Shown here: in pieces, positions 48,600-57,499 of the stretch
Numbering within the stretch: the first letter of the stretch is position 1
Layout: every line of letters starts with the position of its first letter
Source: a virus
Lineage: Duplodnaviria > Caudoviricetes
Length of the DNA stretch: 64,000 nt
Virus record (IMG/VR): IMGVR_UViG_3300028804_000002
Span: 1 to 64,000 of that record
Reading direction: 5' to 3' (one strand)
Notes under the pieces: generated by a model
Databases searched by the model: none
Seen by the model: only the letters and a program-made list of their open reading frames with translations
Told to the model about the DNA's origin: nothing
Program-made: the position numbers and the translations under genes

Positions 48600-49458
48600 G
48601 TCTTTGTAAAGCCTCTTCAGTTGGCTTTAGTAAGATATTTATTTCATATTTTTTACATAATTCAAGAGCCAGTTCTTTATTTGAAGTATTAATACATTCG
48701 ATGATTTTATCAGCGTCTTTATCAATTTCTTTCATTGAATTTGCATTATAATAGTCAAACATTTGATTAATTTGACCAAAAATATAATTCAATGTATCTT
48801 CACTATTGAAACAATAACCTGAAAGAGTTCTTGCTTCAAAACCTTGAACTTCTCCCCAATTTTGTAATCTAAATGCACCTGCTTGACCATAAAGCTCTCT
48901 TCTTTTTGTATCTCTATCTATAAGAACTAATGGAACAGCTACAAAAGTATCAAATACTTTCATAAGTTCAATACTTCTATCAACACTTGCATTAGGATAA
49001 CTAAAGTGGAAATGACCACCAGTAGTTCTTAAACCACCTGGAAATTTATCAGGTTTATCATTAATTTCCCCGTCTTTCCATGCGTTATAATCACTATCGC
49101 ATCCTATCTGATTAGCTTCAGGATCAAGTAATTGTTCATCAGGTACTACAGCAGAAGCACAACAAACAAGTCTCAGATTTTTGTTTTTTATGTAATTATT
49201 TTTAATATATTCTTTTACATAATTAACATTTTCAATGAAAATATCACCTTCACTTATTTTTACAGGAGGTACATTACATTCAGCTAATACACCATCATGT
49301 TGTGTACAACATCCATCTTTATCTGTTTTTTCTGGATTTTGTTTGGTACCAATAAGATAAGGTATAGCTGACACTATATCTCCTGTATTTTCATTTTCAA
49401 CGAACATTTCAAAATCTGAACCTACTAATACTGCTTCTTTATCAATTTTATTCTTCAT
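48577..49458 (-). CDS. phiEco32-like COOH-NH2 ligase (glutamine synthetase fold)
   Basis: 'VGSDFEMF', 'DGVLAECN', 'GCDSDYNAW', 'RTTGGHFH', 'RRELYGQAGAFR' and 'EARTLS'. Confidence 0.88.
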   Translation of the reverse strand: MKNKIDKEAVLVGSDFEMFVENENTGDIVSAIPYLIGTKQNPEKTDKDGCCTQHDGVLAECNVPPVKISEGDIFIENVNYVKEYIKNNYIKNKNLRLVCCASAVVPDEQLLDPEANQIGCDSDYNAWKDGEINDKPDKFPGGLRTTGGHFHFSYPNASVDRSIELMKVFDTFVAVPLVLIDRDTKRRELYGQAGAFRLQNWGEVQGFEARTLSGYCFNSEDTLNYIFGQINQMFDYYNANSMKEIDKDADKIIECINTSNKELALELCKKYEINILLKPTEEALQRRATVYEY

Positions 49459-49472
49459 ATATTTTCAATTAA

Positions 49473-49967
49473 TTAATTTAAGAAATACATCCACACATTT
49501 ATTCTGTTAAGAGTTTTTGGATTTATAAAATCTGCAACAAGCTTCCATCTATTTTTAATAAATATCTTTTTCTGATATTCATTCATATCTTTATCAGTAG
49601 CTTGAATAATTCCATAACCATAATACTTACAGAAATCTATACAAAATAAATTTATTAAAGAACCAAGTCCTTTATTTAAATATAATTTTGATACAAATAC
49701 ATCACTATTAATTATGATACCAGAACAATTTACCATATCCTGAAGTATAAATCTTGCTATAGGTTTTTGACCTATTGTTATTGCAAATATAAAATTTGCC
49801 TGACCTTTTTGTATATCTTCTGGATTATATTGGCTGATAAATTCTTCCAGGGTGAATCTCACCCCAGAAGAATTTTCATATACATTAATATCTAATTTGC
49901 TCGGATCAATTTCAATAGCCTTACCAAAATCATTTCTTAATTTCGCTACTGACTCCTGAATTTTCAT
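49473..49967 (-). CDS. GNAT-family acyltransferase
   Basis: Motif A 'VFVSKLYLNKGLGSLI' followed by 'GYGIIQAT...IFIKNRWK'. Confidence 0.65.
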   Translation of the reverse strand: MKIQESVAKLRNDFGKAIEIDPSKLDINVYENSSGVRFTLEEFISQYNPEDIQKGQANFIFAITIGQKPIARFILQDMVNCSGIIINSDVFVSKLYLNKGLGSLINLFCIDFCKYYGYGIIQATDKDMNEYQKKIFIKNRWKLVADFINPKTLNRINVWMYFLN

Positions 49968-50706
49968 CTTTCTTTAAATTTGGTGATTTACTGAGTAAAT
50001 TTTTAATGAGATAATTGCCTAAAACGTTGTAATCTTCCTCAGTATGGAATTGACATCCTGCAATAGGCAAACTTTCATGCTCAATTGCTTCAACAACACC
50101 ATCTTTTGTTTTACAAATAACTTTTATACCTTTTGGTATGTCATTTCTTTCGTCATCTTGATATGCTCCTTGATGATGGAGTGAACAAGTAGCAATAGAT
50201 TTATTCTTATTGTTCTTTCTTTTTGCTAAAAGAGTCATTTCAAGCATTTTATATTCTGGTTCAAAAACCAGTTCATGAACTAATTCACCTCTATATTCAT
50301 CACTATAAGCATGATTAATAATATTTTGACATAAGCTTCCACCAAATTTAACAATGAGTTGTTGCATACCAAGACAAGTACCAAATACTGGAACTCCAGC
50401 TTCGATATATTTATCTAAGGTTTTATTAACAAACCATTCTTTAAATTGATCTGGACTACTATTTGTAAAATTTGGTGGTTCATTATAGAGAAAACTTGGG
50501 GTATCTGGACCTCCCGGTAAAAATACCAAATCCAAACCTTCTACCATTGCATTCATTGGAGTTAGTACAACTACATCTCCAAATAATCCTAAATGGATCA
50601 TATAAGGTAGAGTCGCTCCAAATGAATTCTCTCCAACTTTCCATCCTACTATACCAATTAATGGCTTTTTTTTACTTTTCATATTAAATCTCAGTTTTAT
50701 AATCAA
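49930..50706 (-). CDS. Class I glutamine amidotransferase / peptidase C26 (PuuD-like gamma-glutamyl hydrolase)
   Basis: 'KPLIGI', 'LPGGPD', 'GTCLGMQ', 'SLHHQ', 'DGVVEAIE' and 'QFHTE'. Confidence 0.88.
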   Translation of the reverse strand: MIIKLRFNMKSKKKPLIGIVGWKVGENSFGATLPYMIHLGLFGDVVVLTPMNAMVEGLDLVFLPGGPDTPSFLYNEPPNFTNSSPDQFKEWFVNKTLDKYIEAGVPVFGTCLGMQQLIVKFGGSLCQNIINHAYSDEYRGELVHELVFEPEYKMLEMTLLAKRKNNKNKSIATCSLHHQGAYQDDERNDIPKGIKVICKTKDGVVEAIEHESLPIAGCQFHTEEDYNVLGNYLIKNLLSKSPNLKKDENSGVSSEIKK

Positions 50707-50709
50707 TTA

Positions 50710-51378
50710 TTAAAGTTCATCATTGAAAAATTTCATAAATGTAGTTTGCATCCATTCAATTGTAGCATCATAATATTTACTTCCAAACATCATTTCAGGA
50801 TGACCTTGAATACCCATTGCATTAATTTTTGGAAAATATGCTGCTTCAATTTCTTTAAATTCCACAGGTAATGCAACAGATCTATCTTTTGCACCAAGAT
50901 ATCTTGTAGATATTCTTTTTGTAGTCCAGGCTAAAATTTTATATTCTTTACCTGACTTCAAATTATATGGATTTATCATTTGATGATGTATACTATTTGT
51001 TCTAATTTTTACTCCATCAAAAGTAGTCATACTATGATCACCACCATGACCAGTAACATCCTGAATAAGTTTACCACCAGCCATTGCACATAAAAATTGC
51101 AATCCACGACAAGTTCCATACATTTTCTTACCAAGTTTAAGACCTTTTTCAAAGTCTTTCTTTTCTCTTCTTTCTCTTTCAGGACTTGAATAAGTTCTAC
51201 TACCTTCTTTCTCTCCATAAGTTGATGGTTCTATATCAGCACCACCACCAAATATGATGACATCAGCATCTTCTAAAGATTCAGTAAATTCAAATCCAAG
51301 AGGTTCTAGCCAGTTACCATGACCTCTTCCAGTTGCAGAAGCAAAGTATTTGTATTTTTTTTCTTCTTTTTCTTTCAT
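50710..51378 (-). CDS. Second class I glutamine amidotransferase / peptidase C26
   Basis: 'FGGGADI', 'GTCRGLQ', 'NSIHHQ' and 'QGHPE'. Confidence 0.88.
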   Translation of the reverse strand: MKEKEEKKYKYFASATGRGHGNWLEPLGFEFTESLEDADVIIFGGGADIEPSTYGEKEGSRTYSSPERERREKKDFEKGLKLGKKMYGTCRGLQFLCAMAGGKLIQDVTGHGGDHSMTTFDGVKIRTNSIHHQMINPYNLKSGKEYKILAWTTKRISTRYLGAKDRSVALPVEFKEIEAAYFPKINAMGIQGHPEMMFGSKYYDATIEWMQTTFMKFFNDEL

Positions 51379-51380
51379 AT

Positions 51381-52967
51381 TTACTTAATTTCAAAATTAT
51401 TGTATTCAAATTTAAATTCGCTATCTTTTGAAAACCATAGTTTTTCTATAGTTTTATAACTTTTATACTCTCCATTTTCATTAAAAAAAGTATTTTGTCT
51501 GAATTTTAGATATTCCATTAAATATTCAGAATATTTAGAAGGAAGTTGATCTTCAAGAATTTCTTTTAATGTAAGAATTTTTAAAGATAAACCTCTCTTA
51601 ATATCTTCTGCATATTTTAATATTGAAGAACATATCAACATCCAAGAAAGAACTTTTGTTACATTTGTAGAACCTTCGTGTAATCTAAATTCTACAGTGT
51701 GTATTTTACTGAAGAATAAATTGAGAAAATTAACAAGATAATATCTCTGTTCTCTGTCCCATTTATTACCAGTAATGGCATGATAAACACTTTTTGTTGT
51801 ATAAATATTTTTTACCCATTTATCACAAAACATTTTCTTACCGTCTTTTATAAAAGTTTCTCTTACTATTGATCTTTCTCCATACTCTTCAGCTAATGGT
51901 TTACCATTATTTAACCAAGTATAGAGTTTATTAAATTCAAATACTGTATTTCTATGAAATTGCTCTTCATCTTTAGCTTTAAGAATAGAAGCACAATTTA
52001 ATTTTAAGTCAACAAGTGGTTTACAATATACTTTACCATCTTCTTTAATAGAATTAACTCTACTATATGGAAAATATTTCATTAACTCTTCTTGTATTAA
52101 TTGTAATATTCTATAAAGAGATAGTACATAAAGCTTATCCATTCTTACTTTACCGAAATGGTAATGAACTGAGCATAAATTATTTACTTCACATCTTTTA
52201 GAAGCTTCACGACAAAGAAGTTTTATAACTTCAATACCTTTAGCTCCAAACATTGGAACAGTTACATATTCAATACCTTCACCATCACCATGTCTTAATG
52301 ATCCATCTTTTAAAGCTTTTACACCTATAAGACTTCTTATTCTTTTAGGTAAAAAACCATTTATAACTTCAAGTTCCATACCAAATGTAAAATCACCTAT
52401 GAGTTTTGCTATTTCTACACTAGAAGCAGAAATTTTAGGATTAAATTCACTATAGAACTTTTCAAGTTCTTTTTTTCTTGCTTGATCAGATTCAAGATTA
52501 TAATTTTTTGATCTTTCACTATTCGGAATGGCCTTTCTTAATAAGAAAGTCATTTTTTCCGGATTTTCAGCATCAAATTTATAAAATAATCCATCACTCA
52601 TGCATTCTTTATATCCTATTGCTTCTGCTATTTCTGCATTCAAACAAAACACATTTGGTTTTTTACCATAAGTATCAGCAAGACTAACCATAAAATCATT
52701 TTCACTAAAATAACCTTCATCTTTATTTACATTTATGATACCTTTTAGTAAATTTGAATTAGCTTTTAATACATACTTACCTTTATAATTATCAAAGATA
52801 ATTTTTTCAGTAGATGTTATTCTATATCTTTGACCATCCTCCATGAGAAAGCAGGACACACCATCTTCATAGTATTTACCCATGATCTTATATGCCCTGC
52901 TTTTAGGTATGATATTACCTAAATAATCTTTTACAAATTTATTAGTCATTCTGTTTGATTTTTTCAT
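51381..52967 (-). CDS. Putative amidoligase (Amidoligase_2-like, glutamine synthetase fold)
   Basis: 'TFGMELE', 'DGSL', 'EYVT', 'CSVHYH', 'RY..VN' and 'TVEFRLHEGS'. Confidence 0.82.
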   Translation of the reverse strand: MKKSNRMTNKFVKDYLGNIIPKSRAYKIMGKYYEDGVSCFLMEDGQRYRITSTEKIIFDNYKGKYVLKANSNLLKGIINVNKDEGYFSENDFMVSLADTYGKKPNVFCLNAEIAEAIGYKECMSDGLFYKFDAENPEKMTFLLRKAIPNSERSKNYNLESDQARKKELEKFYSEFNPKISASSVEIAKLIGDFTFGMELEVINGFLPKRIRSLIGVKALKDGSLRHGDGEGIEYVTVPMFGAKGIEVIKLLCREASKRCEVNNLCSVHYHFGKVRMDKLYVLSLYRILQLIQEELMKYFPYSRVNSIKEDGKVYCKPLVDLKLNCASILKAKDEEQFHRNTVFEFNKLYTWLNNGKPLAEEYGERSIVRETFIKDGKKMFCDKWVKNIYTTKSVYHAITGNKWDREQRYYLVNFLNLFFSKIHTVEFRLHEGSTNVTKVLSWMLICSSILKYAEDIKRGLSLKILTLKEILEDQLPSKYSEYLMEYLKFRQNTFFNENGEYKSYKTIEKLWFSKDSEFKFEYNNFEIK

Positions 52968-55356
52968 CTCTTACTACGTTTCCTTTTGCAAGGTAATAAT
53001 GGTTAAGAAGTTTCTTTATCAAAGGAGTCCTCTTTTCTTCTGGTATTCTATTAATTTCATTTATATTTATCTCTACACCAGACATAAAATCCTGATAAGC
53101 ATTTATTGCATCTGCCTCATATTCATCTTCGTTTAAATCTTCAAAATGAATAACTTCTGGCTTAAGAATTTCGTCCTTATAAGATAAATATAGTCTTTCG
53201 GTCTCCAGATTAAGATTCTTCTCACTCATATTTAACATATTAAGTACACCTTGAACATCAATTCTTCCAATCATATGTAAACAAAGCAAAATAGCTTCAC
53301 AAAACTGTCTATGTTCTGTAGATGCTGTATTATAATCAGAAACCCAAGATCTACTATATTCTGATAAAGTGTTGTAAGTGGCATCATAAAAATCTTTAGT
53401 AAATTGTTTTTCTGTATAATACGGATTACTTTTTAATAAAGAATCTATAATAGCTTGATTTTGAGTATCTATTTGTTCATCAATTACATCACTTGGATTA
53501 TCATTAAGATCATCTTTTCCATGTTCATTTGATACAGCAAATGTCTCTTTTAAATCAATTTCTCTTTGTCTATGATTTCTAAATAATCTAAGAAGAACTT
53601 GAACTTCTCCAACAAAATCTCCTTTCTCCATATTGAATCCACATGCTTCTCCAAGTTCAAAGAATCTTGTACTATCATATTCATCAAGAATATGTTCTTC
53701 TCTGAATATTTTGAAAAGTTTTCTGAAGAAAAAAGCTTTAGTTTTTATGGTATTATTGTCTCTTAATATGGATATTCTTGCAGCATTATAAACTTCAAAA
53801 CAATTATATTCTTGATTGTTAAGAATTATATTTATAATAGTTGCATCCATATTTTTTGGATTTGGACTTATTGGACCAATTATACTTATAAAAGATGTAT
53901 CTTTTTCTACATTAGATATTTCACATACTTTTATATCAACACCATCAACTTCTATTACTCTTCCAGTATATTTTAAAGTATATTTAATATCAGTAAAAGG
54001 CATTACATAAGAAGTAACATCTCCATAAACTGAAACTTTTCTTCCCCATTCTTCATTCAATAAAAATAATTGTTTATTATCACAAACTGTAAGACAAGGT
54101 TGAGAAAAATACTTACAAAGTTCAGAAAGTTTAATATCCTTAAATTTAGGAAGAGAAAATCCTTTATTATCAGATGCTTTCTCTTTTAATTCATTATAAG
54201 ATTTTTCATCTTTAATTAAGAATCCTGCAATGAAATAATATTTACTAAATTTATCTGGATTTTTGTCATCAATCTTAACTTCTCCATCATTAGATAACCA
54301 TATTTCATCCATAAGAGGATGACCATTTCTCATATATTTATCAACCTGACAATAAATATGTTTACCATCTTTTGGTGTATTATTTATTGTTGGCTTAAAC
54401 ATATCAATAATAATACTATCAGTACTACGAGTATTATTATCTTTACGAAACGGAGTACAGCCTCCTCCCATGTGACCGAAATTTTCATTATTATAGTCAT
54501 AGTCATTCATGTTATAATTGTTACGTGGATAACTTATGACTTTATTTTTTATTGGAGTTCTCTTTATTTCAATACTTTTTGTTATCTTACCTTTATTTAT
54601 TCTATAAAGAATATTATCAGCAAAGCTATGAATATCAAGAGGATCAGCTCCTATTACTTGCAATGGTTCTTCCATTGAAGATATATACATTTCATTCTTA
54701 GCTTTTTGCCAATAAAATAAGGGTCTTTCTGGATCTTTGTAAACCATTAAAGTATTTGGATATTTTGGAGTAAAAAATAACAAAGTAGCTGTTCCATCAT
54801 AAGATTCAAGAGCTTTTGTATATTCTTTTTCTCCAAGTTTCGTCATAATTCTTGTTAAAATTTGAGTATCAGAATTAAGATGAGATTTATAATCCACTTC
54901 AAAATGCTTAGCCATGGCTTCAGTATTAGTTAAAGTACCGTTCATTGCTAAGATAAGATCATATTTTTCTTTTTCTATTCCATCTTTATACATACCAAAT
55001 GGATGAGCAAGCTCTTTTGAAGTAGAACTTCCAGAACTACGTTTTCTTGCATGAGCAATAAAACTATAATTTTCATCATTTTCAGAAATTATTATAGCAT
55101 TCTTTGTTAAGAATTTTATAACTTTTTCAGTATCTTTTGTGATTTGATTATTTATAGCAAATCCTGTACTATCTTCTCCTCTCTCTTGATTGTAAATCAT
55201 CATGAGTTTTAAAAGATTTGGGTCACCAGGATGATCACCACAAAAACCGACCATTCCACAGAATAGATATCCAGATTTATTCTTATTAATGAGAGACATC
55301 AATATATTCCAACATATTATAAACATTGATACTTTCACTACAATTAATAATTCCAT
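52942..55356 (-). CDS. Class II (Ntn) glutamine amidotransferase with long C-terminal extension
   Basis: 'CGMVG', 'RGEDSTG', 'AHARK', 'AHPF', 'NGTL', 'SDTQ' and 'RPL'. Confidence 0.85.
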   Translation of the reverse strand: MELLIVVKVSMFIICWNILMSLINKNKSGYLFCGMVGFCGDHPGDPNLLKLMMIYNQERGEDSTGFAINNQITKDTEKVIKFLTKNAIIISENDENYSFIAHARKRSSGSSTSKELAHPFGMYKDGIEKEKYDLILAMNGTLTNTEAMAKHFEVDYKSHLNSDTQILTRIMTKLGEKEYTKALESYDGTATLLFFTPKYPNTLMVYKDPERPLFYWQKAKNEMYISSMEEPLQVIGADPLDIHSFADNILYRINKGKITKSIEIKRTPIKNKVISYPRNNYNMNDYDYNNENFGHMGGGCTPFRKDNNTRSTDSIIIDMFKPTINNTPKDGKHIYCQVDKYMRNGHPLMDEIWLSNDGEVKIDDKNPDKFSKYYFIAGFLIKDEKSYNELKEKASDNKGFSLPKFKDIKLSELCKYFSQPCLTVCDNKQLFLLNEEWGRKVSVYGDVTSYVMPFTDIKYTLKYTGRVIEVDGVDIKVCEISNVEKDTSFISIIGPISPNPKNMDATIINIILNNQEYNCFEVYNAARISILRDNNTIKTKAFFFRKLFKIFREEHILDEYDSTRFFELGEACGFNMEKGDFVGEVQVLLRLFRNHRQREIDLKETFAVSNEHGKDDLNDNPSDVIDEQIDTQNQAIIDSLLKSNPYYTEKQFTKDFYDATYNTLSEYSRSWVSDYNTASTEHRQFCEAILLCLHMIGRIDVQGVLNMLNMSEKNLNLETERLYLSYKDEILKPEVIHFEDLNEDEYEADAINAYQDFMSGVEININEINRIPEEKRTPLIKKLLNHYYLAKGNVVRDEKIKQND

Positions 55357-55370
55357 TTTTTATTTTTGTT

Positions 55371-56063
55371 TTAAATTGAATAATCTTTGTATCCAACAAT
55401 TCCAGAATGACTATGTATATTTCCAGAATTGTACATTTCAAACGTTTGTTTTTTATCTATCTTACCATTAAGTAAGTCTTGTAACTTATTCTTTGCTGTT
55501 TTGAAATAGCCTTCATCATGAGGTGAATAAAAATCAGCTGATTTAGCTTTACTAAAGAATTCAATAGGATCTTTAGTACCTTCATAACTGAATCCAAGTC
55601 TTATAAGAAAAAATAAAGCACTTACTAAGTAAGGCTTACTTCCCCATTCTCTTGGAACAGTTAAAACAACATAAGATCCAGTATCATCAAACACAGCTCT
55701 TGTAAGCTTAAATTTGAGTTTTCTTTCAAACTTATTTAATAAAGTTCTTATACCAGTAACTTGTTTTTGCTGTATTTCAAGACTCTTATTTGAATCTCTG
55801 TCGTGAAGCTTTAAAGCTATACTATACTTATCTGCATCTAGTATGCCTTTATCTTGATTAGGTTTCCAGTTAAATCCAAATATGTTTATATCTTTTTTCA
55901 TGATATTACTCCAAAACATATCTGTAAAATAATCTTTACATTTACAAAATGGAGTTATTGTTTCACCATTTTCTGGATTTAGAAAGGCAAACTTTATTTC
56001 TTTCTTACCTTGTCCAGCTTCACAAAGACTGTATTTTTTACTTACATTATCAATTACCTTCAT
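55371..56063 (-). CDS. Hypothetical protein of the ligase cluster
   Basis: 230 aa with 'CKCKDY' and C-terminal 'HSHSGI'. Embedded in the cluster. Confidence 0.6.
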   Translation of the reverse strand: MKVIDNVSKKYSLCEAGQGKKEIKFAFLNPENGETITPFCKCKDYFTDMFWSNIMKKDINIFGFNWKPNQDKGILDADKYSIALKLHDRDSNKSLEIQQKQVTGIRTLLNKFERKLKFKLTRAVFDDTGSYVVLTVPREWGSKPYLVSALFFLIRLGFSYEGTKDPIEFFSKAKSADFYSPHDEGYFKTAKNKLQDLLNGKIDKKQTFEMYNSGNIHSHSGIVGYKDYSI

Positions 56064-56227
56064 AGAAATCTTTTTAGAAATTTTTTACCAGTTATTTTAC
56101 CTTTGAAATTAGAAATTAGATTATCTGCAAAAGGTAATTTTAAATGTCTATTTGGACATCTTTTCACTTTACTACATCCATTTTTAGAAAAAATAATTAG
56201 TGTGTATTTTTTACGTTCTACAATCAT
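56060..56227 (-). CDS. Small Lys-rich protein (55 aa, not in the ORF track)
   Basis: MIVERKKYTLIIFSKNGCSKVKRCPNRHLKLPFADNLISNFKGKITGKKFLKRFL, with ATGA overlaps to both flanking genes. Confidence 0.65.
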   Translation of the reverse strand: MIVERKKYTLIIFSKNGCSKVKRCPNRHLKLPFADNLISNFKGKITGKKFLKRFL

Positions 56228-57117
56228 AAGTTGTATTTATTTTTGATTATTTTTGGCAGTTCGATTATATATTTTTCTGCAGTTACATCACCAAAAGATG
56301 GAGCACTACATGATTCAATAATAATCCATTTTACTGCTTTATTCTTTTCTTTAGAGTTTTTTGGATCAGTAGTCTTAACATCAAATGCAAGTACATCACC
56401 ACCAATTGCTTTTAATGCTTTTACACAATCTTCAACAATTGCGCTCCAATTTGAAGGTTTACCAAAATCAGGATTTGATTCGAGTATCCAGACACAATTA
56501 TCATCATGTCTTTGAAATTTCTCTTTTTCAGGAGTATCTTTTTTAAGAGCTTTACGGCAAGTATAAAAATATCCATTTGCATGAACGTGAATTCTAAACT
56601 CTTTACTATAGTTCTTATATTCTTCAATAATATAATCACTACAGTTTTTAGATGCCATAAAAGAATCAAGTTCTTTCTGAGTTTTAATAAAATAGTTTCC
56701 ATTACCACGACTTCCAAATCTTGATTTAATAATAAGATGATTTTCTGGAAAATTAACTTCTTTTAAGAATTTAGTCATTTCATCTTTAGATTTTAAAGCA
56801 TCAAGTTTTCTCCAATTTGCTTGAGTTATTCCTGCTTTTGTGAAACACTCTTTCATTCTTAACTTATCAGAACTGTTTCTTACTGAAGCTACAGAGTTAA
56901 TTTCATACTTAAAATCTCCTTGAGTTGTAGACCCATGACGATAAACTACTTTAGCTCCTTTAACAAGAATTTTGTGTCTTAATTTTTCGCAACTTGGATG
57001 TCTTGATAAAATTCTTAATTGAAAGTGAGTTGGTGTTTTTTTAATTAATACTTTTTTAACTTTACTTCCAGAAATAGTACCTATTAATTTTTTTTTCTTT
57101 TTTAATAAAATTGCCAT
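56224..57117 (-). CDS. ATP-grasp peptide ligase (RimK/phiEco32-like)
   Basis: 'SSDKLRMK', 'IIKSRFGSRGNG', 'IIEEYK..KEFRIHV', 'AFDV' and 'IIESCSAP'. Confidence 0.85.
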   Translation of the reverse strand: MAILLKKKKKLIGTISGSKVKKVLIKKTPTHFQLRILSRHPSCEKLRHKILVKGAKVVYRHGSTTQGDFKYEINSVASVRNSSDKLRMKECFTKAGITQANWRKLDALKSKDEMTKFLKEVNFPENHLIIKSRFGSRGNGNYFIKTQKELDSFMASKNCSDYIIEEYKNYSKEFRIHVHANGYFYTCRKALKKDTPEKEKFQRHDDNCVWILESNPDFGKPSNWSAIVEDCVKALKAIGGDVLAFDVKTTDPKNSKEKNKAVKWIIIESCSAPSFGDVTAEKYIIELPKIIKNKYNL

Positions 57118-57121
57118 AATT

Positions 57122-57493
57122 TTACATGTTTTTGTTAAACTTTACCCAATCCCCATCTTCTACCTCTTTATTTTCTTCTCTTAGAGGCCATTCAATAAAA
57201 ATAGAATAAAGTTCATAATCAATACTTATTAAATGTTCAAAATAATCGCGAGTTCTTACTCTTTTCATATATTCATAAACATAATCGTCTACTAATAATA
57301 AATCAACAACTATTTTGTCTTTAGGATTGCCAGTGAATTCAACATCAGCTCTAAATATAGCATCATACATTTTATATCCTAGTATATTGACTGTCCTTTT
57401 ATATAAAACGCTATTTTGTCCAAAGCTTCTATGTAAGAAATCATAACCAGCCATATCTTTTCTATATATCCCGTATGTGCATATTCTATTCAT
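57122..57493 (-). CDS. Gamma-glutamylcyclotransferase (AIG2)-like protein, divergent
   Basis: 'ICTYGIYRK' (cf. VYGTLR), 'GYKMY' and C-terminal 'V.DGDW'; cluster context. Confidence 0.55.
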   Translation of the reverse strand: MNRICTYGIYRKDMAGYDFLHRSFGQNSVLYKRTVNILGYKMYDAIFRADVEFTGNPKDKIVVDLLLVDDYVYEYMKRVRTRDYFEHLISIDYELYSIFIEWPLREENKEVEDGDWVKFNKNM

Positions 57494-57499
57494 TTTTTA

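Noticed and set aside
48054-57493. Firm assignment of the ligase cluster to DNA hypermodification
   Set aside because: No dUMP hydroxymethylase, DNA kinase/aGPT-Pplase or glycosyltransferase gene is recognisable in this window, so it remains only one of several hypotheses.
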